Sequence record: PQ850629.1
Source of the DNA: Escherichia phage SusanneMuster_Bas79
DNA: 46,874 nt
Direction: 5' to 3' (one strand)
A program made the translations under genes and the position numbers. Positions 8,800 to 18,112 of the stretch are shown piece after piece (the first letter of the stretch is position 1; each line of letters opens with the position of its first letter). Under the pieces are notes generated by a model, which saw only the letters and a program-made list of their open reading frames with translations, ran no database searches and had not been told where the DNA came from.

Positions 8800-9271
8800 A
8801 TACTGGCGACCACTGGCAATTATTATAATTGTTGTCTCTGGCGCGTTGTGGGCGCGTAGCGAAATCATCAGCTACGGCGACCAACGATACGCAGAAGGCA
8901 AATCCCAAGCAATCGCCGAACAGAAGGCCGCAGACGAACAAGAGGAGCAACGACGCAATGCAGAACTGCAAAAGATTCAGGCTGACGCACAGCAAAGGAT
9001 TGACGCTGCGCGCAATGATGCTGTCAATGCTGCTGCTAAGTCTGGCAGGTTGCAGCAACAGCTCGCAAATATCCGCAAGCAGCTCGTCGGATATTCCACC
9101 GCTGAGTCCATTGGCAATCCAGCCGCAGAAACCGGAGTTTTGCTTGGAGACGTGCTCGGCAAATCTGTCGAAAGAAATCGACAACTGGCAGATTATGCTG
9201 ACAGGGCAAGAGAGGCAGGATTAGCGTGTGAGGCGCAGTATAATTCGCTGCGTAATAAAAAAGCCCCGTGA
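8780..9271 (+). CDS. i-spanin (Rz-like)
   Basis: N-terminal transmembrane segment LAIIIIVVSGALWA followed by a charged coiled-coil-like region; position after endolysin. Confidence 0.7.
   Translation: MMSILAKYWRPLAIIIIVVSGALWARSEIISYGDQRYAEGKSQAIAEQKAADEQEEQRRNAELQKIQADAQQRIDAARNDAVNAAAKSGRLQQQLANIRKQLVGYSTAESIGNPAAETGVLLGDVLGKSVERNRQLADYADRAREAGLACEAQYNSLRNKKAP
9015..9224 (+). CDS. o-spanin (Rz1-like lipoprotein) embedded in +1 frame of the i-spanin gene
   Basis: MMLSMLLLSLAGCSNSS lipobox followed by Pro-rich DIPPLSPLAIQPQKP; entirely inside 8780-9271 in another frame. Confidence 0.7.
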   Translation: MMLSMLLLSLAGCSNSSQISASSSSDIPPLSPLAIQPQKPEFCLETCSANLSKEIDNWQIMLTGQERQD

Positions 9272-9290
9272 TGGGGCTTGTGTTTAATTG
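9255..9290. terminator. bidirectional rho-independent terminator
   Basis: A-tract, stem AAGCCCC / GGGGCTT, T-rich tail; between convergent lysis and leftward cassette. Confidence 0.55.
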
Positions 9291-9410
9291 GTTTGTTAAG
9301 ATTCTTCCCGCTGCTTCCACATCTGTTTCAGCTGGAAATAAGCATACGCTTCATCACCATCTTTCGCATTGCGCTCCATTTGCTCACACCATGCCGATGG
9401 TTTTGGCGGC

Positions 9411-9716
9411 TCACTCTGCTGGCAATGTTGTTGGCTCATTAACAGATTCCTCAACCGCAGATTCAACGATGCGCACCAGTGAGCACTCAAGATTCGGTGC
9501 ATTGTAATTACCAGCCAGAAACAGAACACTGCCGGTGCTGATTAATACCTGCTTTGCGTTCGCCTGTGACAGATTCTGCACGATGAATTGCGCTGTTTCC
9601 GTGCCGATTTTTAGCACTGCGCTGCCGTCGCTGTTCAGTGATACCAGTTGTGCTGAAGTGTCGGTAATATTGGTGTAGCTCGCGTTTCGTTGCGCGATTG
9701 TTATGTCTGTGAACAT
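9411..9716 (-). CDS. hypothetical protein (101 aa)
   Basis: last gene of a four-gene leftward cassette. Confidence 0.4.
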   Translation of the reverse strand: MFTDITIAQRNASYTNITDTSAQLVSLNSDGSAVLKIGTETAQFIVQNLSQANAKQVLISTGSVLFLAGNYNAPNLECSLVRIVESAVEESVNEPTTLPAE

Positions 9717-9717
9717 A

Positions 9718-9939
9718 TTAGCCTCTTACGTTTAATTTGATTTTTCCATCCACGTCGCGTGATGCACACTCAACAGTGATTGTTAACTTGGTGATCTCTT
9801 CGACGTCTGCATCAAGAATCAAGCGGACGCAACCACCAACTATTCTACCATCCTGATCAACAACGCGAATTTTATCATCGACTCTTTCAACGTGGAGCCA
9901 AACCTTTTCTTCATCACAGCCATTATTGAGAATTGACAT
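9718..9939 (-). CDS. hypothetical protein (73 aa)
   Basis: tightly spaced ORF in leftward cassette. Confidence 0.4.
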   Translation of the reverse strand: MSILNNGCDEEKVWLHVERVDDKIRVVDQDGRIVGGCVRLILDADVEEITKLTITVECASRDVDGKIKLNVRG

Positions 9940-10370
9940 TATTTAATCTCCAGTTCTTTTGCGCGAATTGCGCTGTCAATGATGTCTTGCAAATCCTGTT
10001 CGCGCGATTTATGTCCGCGCTCGCCAGCCTGTAATGCCTTCTTGATTAAGTGCTGCAATGCAGGGTTGGTGACATTCCACGCCATGAGCACATCGTATAC
10101 GTCAACAAATATACCCGGCTTAATCTCGTGCAGGTATTTGTTATCAGCCTCAGGAGCGCCAATGCAATCATTGAGGTCTTGTTCGTCGGTAATTGGCTCG
10201 CGGTATGCAATAACAACATCCCCGCGACCCTCAATCACTTCAATGCGATCAGCATAATATTTGCTTAGATAGAAAATCTCACCAGTCCTTTCTGACTTAA
10301 CTACAAGATAAGCCGCGTTATGGCCAGCAAAATCATCCTCATAACCTTTCAGATATTTCCATTTTTTCAT
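9939..10370 (-). CDS. hypothetical protein (143 aa)
   Basis: ORF with C-terminal HLIKKALQAGERGHKSR segment; family not recognised with confidence. Confidence 0.45.
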   Translation of the reverse strand: MKKWKYLKGYEDDFAGHNAAYLVVKSERTGEIFYLSKYYADRIEVIEGRGDVVIAYREPITDEQDLNDCIGAPEADNKYLHEIKPGIFVDVYDVLMAWNVTNPALQHLIKKALQAGERGHKSREQDLQDIIDSAIRAKELEIK

Positions 10371-10561
10371 TTCATCGTCACCCGATTATTTTCATCAACA
10401 TTAAAATTATCACGAATCAAATCGTACATCTCATCCTTCGGCATATCAGCCAGCGCCACATAGCAACGGGCAAAGTAGCGAACATCACGGAGTGTCAGCG
10501 GCTGCCGCTTCTCCACAATGCTGGTGATAATGTCCATCGGCTCGCGTCGTGGTCTTGGCAT
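10367..10561 (-). CDS. hypothetical protein (64 aa)
   Basis: first gene of leftward cassette, start adjacent to divergent promoter. Confidence 0.4.
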   Translation of the reverse strand: MPRPRREPMDIITSIVEKRQPLTLRDVRYFARCYVALADMPKDEMYDLIRDNFNVDENNRVTMK

Positions 10562-10659
10562 ATTTACTACTCCTTTTTCGAAATTTATTATTGACGAATC
10601 TACGTCACTTAGTCAATACTGTTGGTGTAGAATGATTCTACCACAACGAAAGAGGTGAT
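10562..10659. promoter_or_regulatory. divergent promoter/operator region
   Basis: box GAATCTACGTCAC (10596-10608) and near-perfect palindrome GTAGAAT-G-ATTCTAC (10627-10641). Confidence 0.45.
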
Positions 10660-10863
10660 GTGGAAATGCGATACAAAGAAATAGCAGCGAGCTATCAGAA
10701 GGAAGTTCGCGAGGTTATGGAAATCCTTAACGTTCGAGAGGATACCATTAAGTATGTGGAAACTGCCATGTGTTCACTTGCTCTTGAAGCGGAGGTTGCA
10801 GGTCGTGAAAAGGCTGACGAACTTATATCTGCGTTGGTTTATAGTTCAACCAGTAACGGTTGA
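10660..10863 (+). CDS. hypothetical protein (about 66 aa)
   Basis: first ORF of a rightward early-type cluster; GAGG upstream. Confidence 0.4.
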   Translation: MEMRYKEIAASYQKEVREVMEILNVREDTIKYVETAMCSLALEAEVAGREKADELISALVYSSTSNG

Positions 10864-10923
10864 ATATGAAGGTTATCTGTGCGTTGAGCACGTTGTTATC
10901 AAGTTCTACGGGAGAAGTTATAA

Positions 10924-11118
10924 ATGGCGCATGACGAACTGTACGAAGAATCGTTAATCCAGCGACTGAATGAAGTTGAGCGCACACGCGAATGGCTGGA
11001 GTGCGAATTGCGAGAGGTGCGCAATCGACTGCAACGCAAACGCAGTCAACAGAAAGATGTTATCGACTGGTCTGGCAATGCACCTAAATTTAACAACATT
11101 GGAGAATGGTTGAAATGA
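10924..11118 (+). CDS. hypothetical protein (64 aa, charged/coiled)
   Basis: ORF track entry. Confidence 0.4.
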   Translation: MAHDELYEESLIQRLNEVERTREWLECELREVRNRLQRKRSQQKDVIDWSGNAPKFNNIGEWLK

Positions 11119-11336
11119 GAAAGTTCAGTACGTTAGTTGATTTAATTTTTGCTGACATAAGTGAGGATAACGCCAGAAGCGAGAAGTCAAAAAATCAGCG
11201 TCAGGATATTACGTTTCGCACACTGCTTAAGCAATCAATGCGCAATAAGAAGGAGTGGAGATACAGGCGCGACAGAGTTCTGATAAGACTGTGCAAATTG
11301 AATATGAATAAGATACTTAAGGATATGACCAAATGA
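11106..11336 (+). CDS. hypothetical protein (76 aa, basic)
   Basis: ORF with overlapping start/stop. Confidence 0.4.
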   Translation: MVEMRKFSTLVDLIFADISEDNARSEKSKNQRQDITFRTLLKQSMRNKKEWRYRRDRVLIRLCKLNMNKILKDMTK

Positions 11337-11581
11337 CAGCACCACATATGCCAATGATGAATGATAGCGGGTTGCTGTGCTGCCCATTCTGTGGCGGGAA
11401 TGAAGTTTACTTGAATATTGATTTAGTGCTTGTATCTGTCGAATGCGGAGATTGCTGTGCAAGTTCAGGTGAATGGGGTTCACCGGAAACCGCTGTCAGG
11501 CACTGGAACACCCGCAACGGACACCTATACACCGCAGACGACTTCAATCAGGCAGCAGAGGAGCGTGATTATGGACTATAA
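11333..11581 (+). CDS. Lar-family restriction alleviation protein (putative)
   Basis: zinc-ribbon pattern CCPFCGG...ECGDCC...AVRHWNTR matches the CPFCGG...C-x2-C...W-N-R-R signature I associate with Lar of the Rac prophage. Confidence 0.6.
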   Translation: MTAPHMPMMNDSGLLCCPFCGGNEVYLNIDLVLVSVECGDCCASSGEWGSPETAVRHWNTRNGHLYTADDFNQAAEERDYGL

Positions 11582-12059
11582 ATCACAAATCATGCGCGTG
11601 ATTATGAATCACCCCGGTTCAACGCGCGCATATATTGAGAAGCATTGCGGAGGAAAGCATTCAAGCACCACAACGCATCGTTTGCATGAGATGCTTGCGC
11701 TTGGATTCATTCGCCGCGAGAAGTCCGTGATTCGCGGTGGGAAGTGGCAGTATAAATATTTCATCTCTGATGATGCAGCTGGTATTGATGATGCTATTAA
11801 GTGCCATTTGCTTGATAACGCTGGCGCAGAGGTGAAAGAAATCAGCGTAGCCACTGGCATTGATTACCGAATCGTGAAAAGCCGCATCCGCATTATGTTT
11901 CATAACGGTGATGTAACGCGAAGATATGACCACCACAAGAAGCTGTGGCGTTATTCTTGGCATGAGAAGGAAGTTAACGTCAGCAACCTGTTTAATTCAC
12001 TTCTTCGCAATGTAAGAGGTCGTCATGGGGAAAGCCAAACGCAAGAAGCAAGAGTATGA
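11571..12059 (+). CDS. hypothetical protein (162 aa), possibly DNA-binding
   Basis: ATG 11571 overlapping stop of upstream gene; basic, helix-rich sequence. Confidence 0.45.
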   Translation: MDYKSQIMRVIMNHPGSTRAYIEKHCGGKHSSTTTHRLHEMLALGFIRREKSVIRGGKWQYKYFISDDAAGIDDAIKCHLLDNAGAEVKEISVATGIDYRIVKSRIRIMFHNGDVTRRYDHHKKLWRYSWHEKEVNVSNLFNSLLRNVRGRHGESQTQEARV

Positions 12060-12184
12060 GCCATTACCGCCATGCGAAATGTCAGGAATGCCGCAGCAGG
12101 AGGATGTGATTCTCACCGAGGCTGAGTGGCGCAAGGTGGCAAGAGTGCAAATCATGTTCCGCAAACTTGCTGAGGACGTACTAA

Positions 12185-12532
12185 ATGAGATGGGCTATTA
12201 AGCATAAATCTGGCAGAACTCTGTTTATTACATCGGATGAGTTTATTGCCAATAACCGTAGAAAGATGGGCTGGATAGTGGAGGAAGTGAAGATGACGAG
12301 TAGAGAGCAGTTTGAGGAGTGGGCCAAGGAGAACGGAATGAGTCTTGTTTATGGTGACTGTGATTATGTGTATTCGCCAACCGTATGGGCGTGGAAAGCA
12401 TGGCGAGCATCGCGCTCAGCAATTGAGATTGAATTGCCAGCGGTAGAGATTGGTTATGAAATGATGGAATACTACGAGCCTCAACAGGTTATTGAGGCAA
12501 TCAAACAAGCAGGCTTAAAGGTGAAAAAATGA
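12185..12532 (+). CDS. hypothetical protein (115 aa)
   Basis: ORF track entry. Confidence 0.4.
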   Translation: MRWAIKHKSGRTLFITSDEFIANNRRKMGWIVEEVKMTSREQFEEWAKENGMSLVYGDCDYVYSPTVWAWKAWRASRSAIEIELPAVEIGYEMMEYYEPQQVIEAIKQAGLKVKK

Positions 12533-12855
12533 TTATCCCATTAAACGACATTATGAAAGCAGACATCATTCAGCTTGAAGATTATGACATGCAACTGGCG
12601 TTTGAAATAGAAACTGTTGAGCGTCAACTGCAATATGCTGATAAGAAGAATGATCGCATCTGGCATGAGAAAGCGCTTAAAGCACGGGACCACATGAAGC
12701 GCACGCGCGCACTTATTAAAACTCGTCTGGATAAGCTGTATTTTGGCGAGGAAAGATATTTGCATGGCGCAATTCTTGCGCAAATCCGTAAGGAAATGCC
12801 AATTGGCAAGTTTATGTCATACGTTCACCGCGCAAAGCAGGAGGCCGGGTTATGA
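12529..12855 (+). CDS. hypothetical protein (108 aa)
   Basis: ORF with 4-nt overlap. Confidence 0.4.
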   Translation: MIIPLNDIMKADIIQLEDYDMQLAFEIETVERQLQYADKKNDRIWHEKALKARDHMKRTRALIKTRLDKLYFGEERYLHGAILAQIRKEMPIGKFMSYVHRAKQEAGL

Positions 12856-13040
12856 GCGAACCAAAATTTCCAGAGCTGCCTGTTGAGGTTCAGGTTGCAT
12901 TGATCAATGCGGCAAGTGCAATGGCGACAAAGAAGATTGAGGCAATAGGCAGTGATTACAACAGGAGCATAGACTGGTTTCAGAGGGAGTATCAAAAAAT
13001 CTGCGACGCACTCTACAAAGAAAACAGGGGTAGATCATGA
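12852..13040 (+). CDS. hypothetical protein (62 aa)
   Basis: ORF with 4-nt overlap. Confidence 0.4.
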   Translation: MSEPKFPELPVEVQVALINAASAMATKKIEAIGSDYNRSIDWFQREYQKICDALYKENRGRS

Positions 13041-13183
13041 TTCCATTACTGTGGATATTATCAGCATACGCATTCGCAAGGGTATTTGAGGCTGACACTC
13101 TGTACCAGATGATTTGCTATGGCGCTCTGTTCTGCCTATCTGGTGCTGCACTTGCATTTATGGATGATGTGATTTCAGACTAA
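13037..13183 (+). CDS. small hydrophobic protein (48 aa)
   Basis: hand-translated MIPLLWILSAYAFARVFEADTLYQMICYGALFCLSGAALAFMDDVISD; ATGA overlap with upstream stop. Confidence 0.3.
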   Translation: MIPLLWILSAYAFARVFEADTLYQMICYGALFCLSGAALAFMDDVISD

Positions 13184-13337
13184 CTCCGTATATCTTTTGT
13201 TCATCATGGGCTGCTATCATTTAATCAGGAGGTAGCCCATGAATATAATCCCTATCACTTACTTTCTCACGCTGTACGCACTCACCAATTCGCCATTGTT
13301 TGCACTGGCTACCGCCTCATGGTGCTACATCTCCCTG

Positions 13338-13346
13338 TGTTATAAT
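13338..13346 (+). promoter_or_regulatory. extended -10 element upstream of protease/scaffold gene
   Basis: TGTTATAAT about 32 nt upstream of ATG 13378. Confidence 0.3.
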
Positions 13347-13377
13347 TCGACCACAAACTAACCGTGGAGAGTTAACC

Positions 13378-15257
<1,880 letters not shown>

Positions 15258-15259
15258 TA

Positions 15260-16330
15260 ATGGAAAAGATTATTTTTACCAAAGACCTGGTAGCCAACTC
15301 CGCAGTGGTGGCTGACCAGTGGAAACATCTGACCATCGACCGCAAGGTGTTCTGCAATGCAGAAGCTGAACTGGCGAAAACATACGGTGTTAACGCCACC
15401 GCACTGGTAACGAAAGATTACTGGCGCGACGTGGATAACGTCACCACCCGCGTTTTCCGCAACGAAGCTGGTCAGGACATGATGGCTGACCTGATGGGCA
15501 TCGCGGCAAACATCAACATCGGAAAGACTGTGGCAATCAGCCGCATTGCTTCCGATGCTGGCAAGGTAGTCCGCACTCTGTCTGGTCAGGAGCCGGAAGA
15601 TTTGGATAAAACTCGCTACGATTACACTGGCGATGTGATCCCAATCTTCAAAACTGGCTACAGCCGAGAATGGCGCGAGCTGCTGGGTATGCAGTCTGAA
15701 GGCTTCGACCCACTGCTGGACGATCAGGCCAACGTCACCTTTAACCTGCGTTCCGACATGGCGCAGTATCTGCTGACCGGCGACCAGACTCTGAACGTGA
15801 ACGGCGTTTACACTGGCTATGGTATCACCAACCACCCGAACACTGTTCAGGTTAACCTGAATGCTTCCGGCGGCCTTAATATCGACCTGCAAACTGCAAC
15901 GCCAGACGAAATCGTGACCTTCTTCAATCAGGATTTCCAGGCTATTCTGGATGCGCAGAACGTATTTGAGCAGGTGACTCTGTGGGTTTCTCCGGCAGTG
16001 CGTCGTAGCTTCATGCGTCCGTATTCTGATGCGGCAGGCTTCAAAGGCGGCACTGTTGAGCAGTACATCACGCAGTTTGGCAATGGTCGCATCGGTAAGA
16101 TTGGCACCAACTTCCTGCTGACTGGTAACCATTTCGTTGGCTACGTTCGCAACGACATGTACATCCGTCCGCGTGTTGCTCAGCCAGTTTCCACCTACGC
16201 GGCAGCTCGTGCCAACCCGCACGATAACTTTAACTTCCTCGTGTGGTCTGCTTTTGGTTTGCAGATTCGCAAGGACGCCACTGGCAAGTCCAGAGTGTTC
16301 AACGGCTACGGTACGCAAACTCCGGTGTAA
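15260..16330 (+). CDS. major capsid protein
   Basis: 356 aa, follows scaffold and decoration-like genes, followed by terminator. Confidence 0.7.
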   Translation: MEKIIFTKDLVANSAVVADQWKHLTIDRKVFCNAEAELAKTYGVNATALVTKDYWRDVDNVTTRVFRNEAGQDMMADLMGIAANINIGKTVAISRIASDAGKVVRTLSGQEPEDLDKTRYDYTGDVIPIFKTGYSREWRELLGMQSEGFDPLLDDQANVTFNLRSDMAQYLLTGDQTLNVNGVYTGYGITNHPNTVQVNLNASGGLNIDLQTATPDEIVTFFNQDFQAILDAQNVFEQVTLWVSPAVRRSFMRPYSDAAGFKGGTVEQYITQFGNGRIGKIGTNFLLTGNHFVGYVRNDMYIRPRVAQPVSTYAAARANPHDNFNFLVWSAFGLQIRKDATGKSRVFNGYGTQTPV

Positions 16331-16331
16331 T

Positions 16332-16357
16332 AAAAAAAGGGGCGAAAGCCCCTTTAT
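16332..16357. terminator. hairpin terminator
   Basis: A7, stem GGGGC / GCCCC with GAAA loop, then TTTAT; reads as a stronger terminator on the minus strand. Confidence 0.5.
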
Positions 16358-16373
16358 GAATTTGAGGTGAATA

Positions 16374-16571
16374 ATGGCTAAATACGAAGTGATCGCTCGC
16401 GGAATCTTTGTTAAAGAGAAGGGCAAGATTCGTGAATTGCAGCTTGGCGAGGTGATTACCGAGCCAGACGAGCATCTGCTACCAAAACTGCGCGTTATGC
16501 CAGAACTGGAAAAGACTTTCGAAGTCGCAACCCCGCAACAAAAGACGACAAAGAAAAAGAAAGCAGAGTAA
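16374..16571 (+). CDS. hypothetical protein (65 aa, Lys-rich C-terminus)
   Basis: ORF between two terminators, downstream of capsid gene. Confidence 0.4.
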   Translation: MAKYEVIARGIFVKEKGKIRELQLGEVITEPDEHLLPKLRVMPELEKTFEVATPQQKTTKKKKAE

Positions 16572-16600
16572 ACAAAACCCGCATCATGCGGGTTTTTTAT
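16572..16600. terminator. bidirectional rho-independent terminator
   Basis: AAAACCCGC-ATCAT-GCGGGTTTTTTATT; separates convergent capsid operon and leftward accessory operon. Confidence 0.65.
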
Positions 16601-16602
16601 TG

Positions 16603-17142
16603 CTACAGACGCATCGGCATAACAACAATCTTAGCAGTCTCGCCAGATGGCGCATTAAGACAGCAAACTGCGGCATTTGTGTTTCCATTAAGTTCAAATT
16701 TGATACAACTGAATTTAGGATTAAACAGCTTCGCCACTTTCTCAACGTCAACCAGATATCCAGCATTGAAGCCAATTTCCTCTGCTGGCAAGGTCTGCTT
16801 CGGAATGACGCGATCAATATCAGGGAATCGCCCGTCAATCTCTTCACAGATACCAGCACCAACCATAACGCCAGCTTCATCATGATACGTTGCAATTTTC
16901 GACTTTGTATCAATGATGGCGTAGTCATAGCGTTTTGTTGGTGACTTGCCAATCTTGATAATCACATTTTCTGTAAGATTATTATCATGGTTTCCACCAA
17001 TAAATGCGCGATGACCGTCAGTTGATGCAATACGACCATCAGGCATAAAGCAAATGCCATTCAGGTAATATCGCACATCGTTGCGCGCCTGAAATATTAA
17101 TGCTGATTCAAGTAATAGTTTGCCGATTTTTAGTTTCATCAC
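16603..17142 (-). CDS. truncated DnaN-like (DNA polymerase III beta clamp-like) protein
   Basis: 179 aa with DVRYYLNG, TDGHR, DGRFPD-x3-V-PK, EIGFN-x-YL-DV and C-terminal VVMPMRL, matching hallmark segments of bacterial beta-clamp domain II and the C-terminal end of domain III; ATG at 17139 is the likely start. Confidence 0.7.
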   Translation of the reverse strand: MMKLKIGKLLLESALIFQARNDVRYYLNGICFMPDGRIASTDGHRAFIGGNHDNNLTENVIIKIGKSPTKRYDYAIIDTKSKIATYHDEAGVMVGAGICEEIDGRFPDIDRVIPKQTLPAEEIGFNAGYLVDVEKVAKLFNPKFSCIKFELNGNTNAAVCCLNAPSGETAKIVVMPMRL

Positions 17143-17312
17143 TTCACCTTAATCATATGCTGTTTTGCAACCTTCAGGCACTCCTCAAAAATGCCACCCT
17201 TCTTTGCGCTCTGATTGCGCTTGTAATACTGAACTGCCGCATCAATTGCCATCTGGTCGATTTCAGGCAGTTTGGTACGTAGTTGTTTTTCAATGAATTG
17301 TTCTGGTGTCAT
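17139..17312 (-). CDS. hypothetical small protein (57 aa)
   Basis: hand-translated MTPEQFIEKQLRTKLPEIDQMAID...; overlaps stop of methyltransferase and start of DnaN-like gene. Confidence 0.35.
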   Translation of the reverse strand: MTPEQFIEKQLRTKLPEIDQMAIDAAVQYYKRNQSAKKGGIFEECLKVAKQHMIKVK

Positions 17313-18112
17313 TAAACGGACCTCATGAATGCTTTAATGAATTCTGCTGCGACTTGTGGAACTATGGCATTGCCATAACCGCGCAATCGTCCCACTCTTG
17401 CGGATACCCCATGAGTTGCCTCGCAAAATCCGCCTGGTATGACTCTAGTTTCCTTATCTGCTCCATGGTTGGGTTTCCATGAATCCCATAAACATGAAGC
17501 CACATCTGGCGATAAAGAGTATCGTTCCTGAATTTTCCGTCCTTTCTGTAAAATGTCTTGCTGAGATCCCCGTAATCCTTCCATCCTCGCGCCGTTGGTG
17601 TCGCCCATCCTCGCGCCAAAGATGATTCTTTTCCTTTCCTGTGGAGAGCCGACGCTGCAAGCTGGCAATACTGACGCCCCGCAGGCGTAGCCTTTGTCTT
17701 CCAGGTTAAGGAATACAAAATCGAGCCAGTGCTTCCCAATTGCTGCTGCAACCTGCTCTCCAAACAGCAATTCAGGCTTGCACTCTCTGATGAGCCTGAG
17801 AAATGCTGGGGCAAGGTGTCGATCGTCGTCAAATCCGAGAGACTTACCGGCAACGCTAAACGGCTGGCAAGGTGGTGATCCTGTCCAGAGTCGAGTGCTT
17901 TCTGGTATTCCTGCCAGCTGGAGTGCAAGGGGCCACCCTCCGATTCCGGCAAAGAAGTGACACTGTGTAAATCCTTCCAGGTCTGAAGGGGTGACTTCGG
18001 TGATTGATCGTTCATCGACATATCCGTAAGGAATTAGTTTATTGTTAATTAATTCACGCAGCCATGCCGCTGCGCCCTTGTCCCACTCATTGTAATAGTG
18101 GACCATCATCAC
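17312..18112 (-). CDS. DNA (cytosine-5)-methyltransferase
   Basis: motif I FAGIGGW, motif IV PPCQPFS, motif VI FGEQV, motif X GNAIVPQV; compact 266 aa. Confidence 0.85.
   Translation of the reverse strand: MMMVHYYNEWDKGAAAWLRELINNKLIPYGYVDERSITEVTPSDLEGFTQCHFFAGIGGWPLALQLAGIPESTRLWTGSPPCQPFSVAGKSLGFDDDRHLAPAFLRLIRECKPELLFGEQVAAAIGKHWLDFVFLNLEDKGYACGASVLPACSVGSPQERKRIIFGARMGDTNGARMEGLRGSQQDILQKGRKIQERYSLSPDVASCLWDSWKPNHGADKETRVIPGGFCEATHGVSARVGRLRGYGNAIVPQVAAEFIKAFMRSV

Noticed and set aside
8829-9224. 131-aa ORF track entry for the embedded frame in the Rz gene
   Set aside because: Only the part from the internal Met-Met at 9015 (lipobox MMLSMLLLSLAGC) makes sense as an o-spanin; the upstream extension is just an open frame.
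9296-9529. 77-aa minus-strand ORF overlapping the 3' end of the 101-aa gene at 9411-9716
   Set aside because: Could be a short real gene starting at an internal Met, but the two frames overlap and I cannot decide from sequence alone; left unannotated.
17581-17617. 13-bp direct repeat (CCATCCTCGCGCC twice) inside the methyltransferase gene
   Set aside because: Encodes a short peptide duplication (GARMG...GARME) within the coding frame; probably a coding repeat rather than a regulatory or slippage element.
17362-18021. 219-aa minus-strand ORF in an alternative frame within the methyltransferase gene
   Set aside because: The methyltransferase motifs (FAGIGG, PCQ, ENV-like, GNAIVP) are all in the other frame of 17312-18112; this one is a shadow ORF.
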